Below, in pieces: positions 55,401 through 64,000 of a stretch of 64,000 bases of DNA. The DNA lies in the NCBI RefSeq assembly GCF_009914755.1, contig NC_060938.1; one strand, written 5' to 3'. Below the pieces are notes generated by a model that saw nothing but the letters and a program-made list of their open reading frames with translations, ran no database searches and was not told where the DNA came from. The position numbers and the translations under genes were made by a program. Position 1 is the first letter of the stretch. Every line of letters begins with the position of its first letter. This DNA comes from the human T2T-CHM13v2.0 reference genome, Homo sapiens.

Positions 55401-57840
55401 CACACAGAGTTGAACCTTTATTTTTATTGAGCAGTTTTGAAACACTCTTTTTGCAGAATCAGCAAGTGGATATTTGGAGAGCTTTGAGGCCTGTTGTGGA
55501 AAAGTAAATATCTTCAAATAAAAACTACACCGAAGCATTCTGAGAAACTTCTTTGTGATGTGCGCATTCACATCACAAGTTTGAACCTAACTTATGATTG
55601 AGCAGTTTTGAAACACTCTTTTTGTAGAATCTACAAGTAGATATTTGGAGCGATTTGAGGCCTATTGTAGAAAAGGAAATGTCATCAAATAAATACTACA
55701 CAGAAGCATTCAGAAAAACTTCTTTGTTATGAGTGCATTCATCACACAGAGTTGAACCTTTCCTTTGACTGAACAGTTTTGAAACACTCTTTTTGCAGAA
55801 TCTGCAAGTGCATATTTTAGAGCTTTGAGGACAATTGTGGAAAAGGAAATATCTTCACATAAAAACTACCCAGAAGCATTCTGAGACACTTCTTTTTGAT
55901 GTGTGCATTCATCTCATAGAGATGAAACTTTCTTTTGATTGAGCAGTTTTGAAAAACTATATTTGTAGAATCTGCAAGTGGATATTTGGAGAGCTTTGAG
56001 GCGTATTTTGGAAAAATAAATATCTTCACATAAAAACTATACAGAAGCATTCTGAGAAACTTCTTTGTGAGGTGTACATTCAACTCACGGATTTGAACTT
56101 TTCCTTTCATTGAGCACTTTTGAATCTGTCTTTTTCTAGAATCTGCAAGTGGATATTTGGAGCTCTTTGCACCCTGTGTTGGAAAAGGAAATATCTACAA
56201 ATAAAAACTACACATAAGCATTCTGAGAACTTCTTTGTGTTGAGTGCATTCATCACACAGAGTTGAATGTTTCCTTTGATTGAACAGTTTTGAAACACTC
56301 TTTTCGTATAATTTGGAAGTGGATATTTGGAGGGCTTTGAGGACTATTTTGGAAAAGGAAATATCTTCACATAAAAACTACACAGAAGCATTCTGAGAAA
56401 CTTCCTTTTTATGTGTGCATTCAACTCACATAGTTGAATCTATCTTTTGATTGAGCCATTTGGAATCTCTCTTTTGTAGAATCTGCTAGTGAATATTTGG
56501 AGACCTTTGTGGCCTATTGTGGAAAAGGAAATATCTTCAAATAAAAACGACACAGAAGAATTCTGGGAAACTTCTCTGTGATGTGTGCATTCAGCTCACA
56601 CGTTTGAACCTATCTTATGATTGAGCAGTTTTCAATCTCTCTTTTTGTAGACTATGCAAGTGGATATTTGGAGCCCTTTGTGCCCTATGGTTGAAAAGGA
56701 AATATCTTCAAATAAAAACTACACAGAAGCATTCAGAGAAATGCCTTGGTGATGAGTGCATTGATCAAAAAGAGTTTAAAGTTTCTTTTGACTGAGCAGT
56801 TTCGATACACTCTTTTTGTAGAAACTCAAAGTAGCTATTTGGAGGGCATTGAGGCCTATTTTTGGAAAAGATATATCTTAATATAAAAACTACACAGAAT
56901 TATTCTGAGAAACTCCTTTATTATGTGTGCATTCAACACACAGAGTTGAGCCTATCTTTTGTTTGAGCAGTTTTGAATCTCTCTTTTTGCAGAATCTGCA
57001 AGTTGATATTTGTAACGTTCTGAGGCCTACTGTGGAAAAGCAAATATCTTCAAATAAAAACTACACAGAAGCATTCTGAGAAACTTTTTTGTGAGGTGTG
57101 CATTCAACTCACAGAGTCGAACCCATCTTTTGATTGAGCAGTTTTGAATCTCTCTTTTTGCAGAACCTGCAAGTGGATATTTGGAGTGCTTTGAGGCCTA
57201 TAGTGGAAAAGGAAATATCTTCACATAAAAACTACACAGAGGCATTCTGAGAAAATACTTTGTGATGTGTGCATTCAACTCACAGAGTTGAACCTATCTT
57301 TTGATTGAGCAGTTTTGAATCTCTCTTTTTGTAGCATCTGCAGGTGGATATTTGGAGCCCTTTGTGGCCTACAGTGGAAAAGGAAATATCTTCAAATAAA
57401 AACTAAACAGAATCATTCCGAGAAACGTCTTTGTGATGAGTGCATTCATCACAAAGTGTTGAATCTCTCTCTTGACTGAGTAATTTGGAAACACTCTTTT
57501 TGTAGAATTTGGAAGTGGATATTTGAAAAGCTTTGTGGTCTAATTTGGAAAAGGAAATTTCTTCAGATAAAAACTACACAGAAGCTTTCTGGGAAACTTC
57601 GTTGTTAGCTGTGCATTCAAGTCACAGATTTTAACCTATCTTTTGATAGAGCAGTTTTGAAACTCTCTTTTTGTAGAATCCGCAAGTGGATATTTGGAGC
57701 TTTTTGCAGCCTATGTTAGAAAATGAAATACTCTCACATAAAATCTATACAGAAGCTATCTGAGAAATTTGTTTGTGATGTGTGCATTCATCTCAAAGAG
57801 TTGAACCTTTCTTTTGATTGAGCAGTTTCAAAACACTCTT
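34491..57840 (+). repeat. Alpha-satellite, monomeric layer X (plus orientation) with decayed multi-monomer repeats
   Basis: CATTCTGAGAAACTTCTTTGTGATGTGTGCATTC..GTGGATATTTGGAG..GGAAAAGGAAATATCTTCACATAAAAACTACACAGAAG units. Boundaries are approximate. Confidence 0.97.
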
Positions 57841-60800
57841 TTTGTAGAATCTGCAAGTGGACATTTGGAGTGCTTTGTGGCCTATGGTAGAAAAGGAAAT
57901 ATCTTCACATAAAATCTAGACACAAGCAATCTGAGAAACTTCTTTGTGATGTGTGCCTTTATCTCACAGAGTGAAATCTTTCTTTTGATAGAGCAGTTTT
58001 GAAACACTCTTTTTGCAGAATCTGCAAGTGGACATTTGGAGTGCTTTGTGGCCTTCGGTGGAAAAGGAAATATCTTAACATAAAATCTAGACAGAAGCAA
58101 TATGAGAAACTTCTTTGTGATGTGTGCGTTCATCTCACAGAGTTGATCTTTTTTTTTGATGGAGCAGATTTGGAACTCTCTTTTTGTAGTATCTGCAAGT
58201 GGAAAATGGGAGTGCCCTGTGACCTATTGTGGAAAATAAATTATCTTCACTTAAAAACTACACAGGAGAATTATGAGAAACTTCTTTGTGATGCGTGCGT
58301 TCATCTCACTGAGTTGAATCTTTTTTTTTGATTAAGCAGTGTGGAAACACTCTTTTTATTGAATCTGCAAGTGGACATTTGGAGTACTTTGTGGCATATG
58401 GTAGAAAAAGAAATATCCTCACATAAAATCTATACAGAAGCAATCTGTGAAACATCTTTGTAATGTGTGCATTCATCTCACAGAGTTAAAAATTTCTTTT
58501 GATAGAGTAGTTTTGAAACTCTCTTTTGTAGAATCTGCAAGTGAACATTTGGAGCACTTAAAGGCCTATGGTGGAAAAGGAAATATCTTCACATAAAAAC
58601 TAGACAGAAGAATTCTGAGAAACTTCTTTGTGATGTGTGGCTTCATCTTACAGATTTGAACCTTTCTTTTGATTGAGCAGTTTGGAAACACTATTTTGTA
58701 GAATCTGCAAGTGGATATTTGGAGCGCTTTGCGGCCTAAGGTAGAAAAGGAAATATCTTTACATAAAATCTAGAGAGAAGCAGTCTGAGAAACTTATTTG
58801 TGATGTGTGCATTCATCTCACAGAGTTAAACCTTCCTTTTGATTGAGAAGTCTTGAACTCTCTTTTTGAAGGATCTGCAAGTGGATATTTGTAGCACTTT
58901 GTGGCTGACGTTAGAAAAGGAAATATCTTCACATAAAATCTAGACAGAAGCAATCTTAGAAACTTCTTTGTGATGTGTGCATTCATCTCACAGAGTTAAC
59001 GCTCTCTTTTGTTTGAGCAGTTCTGAAACTCTCTTTTGTTGAATCTGCAAGATGACATTTGGGACGCTTTGACGCCAATAGTGGAAAAGGAAATATCTTC
59101 ACATAAAAACTAGATAGAAGAATTCTGAGAAACTTTTTGTGATATGCGCATTCATCTCCCAGAGACGAACATTTCCGTTGATGGACCAGTTTTGAAACAC
59201 TCTTTCTGTAGAATCTGCAAGTGGACATTTCAAGTGCCTTGAGGCCTGTGGTGGAAAAGGAAATATCTTCACATAAAAACTAGACAGAAGAATTCTGAGA
59301 AACTTCTTCATGATGTGTGTGTTCATCTCACAGATTTGAAACTTTCTTTTGATTTAGCAGTATGGAAACACTCTTTTTGTATAATTTGTAAGTGGATATT
59401 TGGAGCGCGCTGTGGCCAATGGCAGAAAATTAAATATCTTCACATAAAATCTAGACAGAAGTAATCTGAAAATCTTCTTTGTGATGTGTGCATTCACCTC
59501 TAAGAGGTAAACCTTTCTTTTGATTGAGGAGTTTGAAACTCTCTTTTTGTAGAATCTGCAAGTGGATATTTGGAAAAGGAAATATCCTCACATAAAAACT
59601 AGGCAGATGTATACAGATAAACATTTTTGTGATGTCTGCATTCATCTCATAGAGGTAAACCTTTCTTTTGACTGAGCAATTTGGAAGCAAATTTTTTTGA
59701 GAATCTACAAGTGGACATTTTGTGCACTTTGTGGCCTATTGTAGAAAAGGAAATATCTTCACATAAAATCTAGACAGAAGTAACCTGAGCAATTTCTTTG
59801 TGATGTGTGCCTTTATCTCACAGAGTTGAATCTTTCCTTTGATTGAGCAGATTGGAAACAATCTTTTTGTAGGATCTGCATGTGGACATTAGGAGCGCTT
59901 TGCGGCCTATGGTAGAAAAGGAAATATCTTCACATAAAATCTAGACAGAAGCAATCTGAGAATCTTCTTTGTGCTGTGAGCATTCATCTCACAGAGTTAA
60001 AACTTTTCTTTTGATAGATTAGTTTTGAAACTGTCTTTTTATAGAATCTGCAAGTGGACATTTGGAGCGGTTTGATATCTATTGTGGAAAAGGAAACATC
60101 TTCACATGAAAACTAGAGAGAAGAATTCTGAGAAACTTCTTTGTGATGTGTGCGTTCATCTCAGAGTTGAACGTGTCTTTTGATGGAGCAGTTTGGAAAC
60201 ACTCTTTTTGTGGAAACTGCATGTAGACACTTGGAGCGATTCGCGGCCTATGGCAGAATAGGAAATATCTTCACATAAAATCTAGACAGAACAAATCTGA
60301 GAAACTTCTTTCTGATGTGTGCATTCATTTCAGAGAGTTAAACCTTTTCTTTTGATTGAGGTATTTTGAAACTCTCTGTTTGTAGAATCTGCAAGTGGAC
60401 ATTTTGAGCGATTTCAGGCCTATAGTGGGAAAGGAAATATCTCCACATAAAAACTAGACAGAAGAATTCTTAGAAACTTCTTCATGATGTGGGCCTTCAT
60501 CTCACAGAGTTGAAGCTTTCTTTTGTTGAGCAACTTGGAAACATTCTTTTTGTAGAATCTGCAAGTGCAGATTTGGAACGCTTTGCGGCCTGTGGTAGAA
60601 AAGGAAATATCTTCACATAAAATCTAGATGGAAGTAATCTGAGAAACCTCTTTGTGATATGTGCACTCATCTCACAGAGTTTAACCACTCTTTTGTTTAA
60701 GGAGTTTTGAAACTCTTTTTGTAGAATCTGCAAGTGGACGTATTGAGTGCTTTGAGGCCTATGGTGGAAAAGGAAATATCTTCACATAAAAACTGGAAAG

Positions 60801-63800
60801 AAGAGTTCTGAGACAGTACTTTATGATGTGTGCATTCAACTCACAGAGTTGAACCTTTCTTTTGATTGAGTAGTTTGGAAACACTCTTTTTGTAGAATCT
60901 ACAAGTGGACATCTGGAGCACTTTGCGGCCTGCGGTAGAAAAGGAAATATTTTCACACAAAAACTAGACAGAAGATTTCTGAGAAACTTCTTTGTGTTGT
61001 GTGCATTCAACTCACAGAGGTAAATCTTTCTTTTGATTGAGCAGTTTTGAAACTCTCTTTTTGTAGAATCTGCAAGTGGACACTTGGAGCGATTTGAGAC
61101 CTGTGGTGGAAAAGGAAATATTTTCACATAAAAACTAGAAAGAAGTATTCTGAGAAACTTTTTGTTATGTGTGCATTCATCTCCCAGAGTTGAACCTTTC
61201 TTTTGAAGGACCAATTTCGAAATACTATCTTTGTAGAATCTGCAAGTGGATATTTCAAGAACCTTGAGGCCTATGGTAGAAAAGGGAATATCTTCACATA
61301 AAAACTAGACAGAAGAATTCAGAGAAACTTCTTTGTGATGTATGCGTTCATCTCACAGAGTTGAACCTTTCTTTTGATGGTGCAGTTTGGAAACACTCTT
61401 TATGTAGGATCTGAAAGTGGACATTGGGAGCGCTCTGTGGCCTATGGTAGAAAAGGAAATATCTTCATATAAAATCTAAACAGAAGCAGTCTTAGAAACT
61501 TCTTGGTGATGTGGGCATTCATCTCACAGAGGTAAACATTTTTTTTTGATTGAGCAGTTTTGAAACACTCTTTTTGTAGAATCTGCAAGTGAACTTTTGG
61601 AGCACTTTGATGCCTATGGTGGGAAGTTAATATCTTCACATAAAACTAGACAGAAGAATTCTGAGAAACTTCTTTGTGATGTGGGGGTTCATCTCATGTA
61701 GTTGTACCTTTATTTTGATTAAGCAGTTTGGAAACACTCTTTTTTTTAGAATCTGCAAGTGGACAATTGAAGCAATTTGCAGCCTATGGTAGAAAAAGGA
61801 AATATCTTCACATGAAATCTAGACAGAAGCAACCTGAGAAACTACATTGTGATGTGTGCATGCATCTCAGAGAGTTAAACCTTTCTTTTGATTGAGCAGT
61901 TTTTAAACTCTCTTTTTGTAGGATGTGCAATTCGACATCTGGAGCGCTTTGACGCCTATAGTGGAAAAGGAAATATCTTCACAAAAAACTAGACAGAAAA
62001 ATTCTGAGAAACTACGTTGTGATGTGTGCATTCATCTCACAGAGTTGAACTTTTCTTTTGATTGAGCAGTTTTGAAACACTATTTTTGTAGAATCTGCAA
62101 GGGAAATTTGAAGCGCTTAGAGGCCTATGTTTGAAAAGGAAATGTCTTCACATAAAAACTACATAGAATCATTCTGAGACCTTCTTAGTGATGTGTGCAT
62201 TCATCTCCCAGAGTTGAAACTTTCTTTTGATGGACCAGTTTGGAAATACTTTTTTGTAGAGTGTGCAGGTGGACGTTTCGAGCGCCTTGAGGCCTATGGT
62301 GGAAAATGAAATTTCTACACATAAAAACTAGACAGAAGAATTCTGAGAAACGTCTTTGTGATGTGTGTGTTCATCTCACAGAGTTGAAAATTTATTTTGA
62401 TTGAGCAGTTTGGAAACACTCATTTTGTAGAATCTGCAGGTGGAGATTTGGAGCGCTTTGCGGCCTATGGTAGAAAAGGAAATATCTTCACATAAAATCT
62501 AGACAGAAGCAATCTGAGAAACTTCTTTGTGATGAGTACATTCATCTCACAGAGTTAAACTTTACTTTAGATTGAGCAGTTTTGAAAATCTCTTTTTGCA
62601 GAATCTGCAAGTGGACATTTGGAGCGCTTTGAGGCCTATGGTCTAAAAAGAAATACCTTTACATGAAAACAAGATAGAAGAATTCTGAGAAACTTCTTTG
62701 TGATGTGTGCGTTCATCTCACAGAGTTGAACCTTTCTTTTGATTCAGCAGTTTGGAAAGACTCTTTTTGTAGACTCTGCACGTAGATATTAGGAGCACTT
62801 TGTGGCCAATGTTAGAAAAGGAAATATCCTCACATAAAATCTAGACAGAAGCAATCTGAGAAAGTTCTTTGTGATGTGTGCATTCATAACACAGAGTTAA
62901 ACCTTTCTTTTGATTGAACAGTTTTGAAACTCTCTTTTTGTAGAATCTGCAAATGGACATTTACAGTGCTTTGAGGCCTATTGTGGAAAAGGAAATATCT
63001 TCACATAAATACTAGACAGAACAATTCTGAGAAACTTCTTTGTGATGTGTGCATTACTTCACAGAGTTGCACTTTTCTTTTGATTGAGCAGTTTGGAAAC
63101 ACTCTATTTGTAGAATCTGCAAGTGGACATTTGGAGCACCTTGCGGCCATGTTAGAAAGGGAAGTATCTTCACATAAAATCTAGACAGAAGCAATCTGAG
63201 AAAGTTCTTTGTGATGTGTGCATTCATAACACAGAGGTAAACCTTTCTTTTGATTGAACAGTTTTGAAACTCTCTTTTTGTAGAATCTGCAAGTGAACAT
63301 TTGAAGAGCTTTGAGGACTATGGTGGAAAAGGAAATATCTTCACATAAAAACTAGACAGAAAAATTCTGAGAAACTTCCTTGTTATGTGTACATTCATCT
63401 CACCGAGTTGAATCTTTCTTTTGATACAGCAGTTTGGAAACACTCTTTTTATAGATTCTGCTAGCGGACATTTGAGCACTTTGCAGCATATGGCAGAAAA
63501 AGTAATATCTTCACATAAAATCTAGACAGAGACAACCTGAGAAACTTCTTTGTGATGTGTTCCTTCAACTCAAGGAGTTAAACATTTCTTTTGGTTGAGG
63601 AGTTTTGAAACTCTCTTTTTGTCGAATCTGCAAGTGAACATTTGGAGCGCTTTGGGGCACATGGTGGAAAAGGAAATATCTTCACATAAAAAATAGGCAG
63701 AAGAATTCTGAGAAACTTCTTTGTGATGTGTGCGTTCATTTCACAGAGTTGAATCTTTCCTTTGATTGAGCAGTTTGGAAACACTTTTTATAGAATCTAC

Positions 63801-63909
63801 TTTTGGACATTTGGAGCACCTTGCGGCCTATGGTAGAAAAGGAAATATCTTCACATAAAATCTAGACAAAAGCAATCTGAGAAACTTCTTTGTGATGTGT
63901 GCATTCATC
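57841..63909 (+). repeat. Alpha-satellite, dimeric layer Y (plus orientation)
   Basis: Alternating AAAATCTAGACAGAAGCAATCTGAG and AAAAACTAGACAGAAGAATTCTGAG monomers with GTGGACATTTGG. Confidence 0.94.
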
Positions 63910-63911
63910 CA

Positions 63912-64000
63912 TAGATTTTATGTGAATATATTTCCTTTTCTAGCATAGGCCACAAGCACTCCAAATGTCCACTTGCAGATTCTACAAAAAGATTGTTTCC
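63912..64000 (-). repeat. Alpha-satellite layer Y resuming in minus orientation after an inversion junction
   Basis: ...GTGCATTCATC|CA|TAGATTTTATGTGAATATATTTCCTTTTCTAGCATAGGCC is reverse-orientation monomer sequence, truncated by the window end. Confidence 0.9.

Noticed and set aside
58050-58070. CENP-B box-like CCTTCGGTGGAAAAGGA (also GCTTCGTGGAAAAGC near 41331)
   Set aside because: It lacks the essential CGGG of NTTCGNNNNANNCGGGN. These are mutated pJ-alpha-type boxes.
33687-63784. Repetitive ORFs on the right arm, including the 170-aa ORF at 39374-39886 and the 151-aa ORF at 60759-61214
   Set aside because: Same satellite artefact in the opposite orientation.

Overview
Primate (hominoid, probably human) pericentromeric heterochromatin. 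About 90% of the window is divergent ~171-bp alpha-satellite. The monomers are A-type with pJ-alpha-type boxes, and I saw no intact CENP-B box by eye. The satellite forms alternating layers: a monomeric layer X (AAAACTACACAG / GTGGATATTTGG), a dimeric layer Y (AAAACTAGACAG alternating with AAAATCTAGACAG / GTGGACATTTGG) and a short transitional type Z. The array runs in minus orientation over 1-27511, plus over 33612-63909, and minus again from ~63912. A full-length, inactivated L1PA3-like LINE-1 (27512-33611, minus strand) sits exactly on the first orientation switch. It has no target-site duplication, carries a short putative 3' transduction and the 129-bp 5'UTR deletion, and keeps an open ORF0. 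A ~100-bp 5'-truncated L1PA2-like insertion with a TSD lies at 17331-17442. An orphan poly(A) patch at 20612-20647 marks a layer junction that appears to separate two copies of an ancient 11-13 kb tandem duplication. There are no functional host genes, and satellite ORFs are artefacts of the 171-bp (57-codon) period. I found no evidence of a new gene-encoded biological system; the interest lies in the rearrangement history. All comparisons were made by eye, so subfamily and layer names need HMM confirmation.
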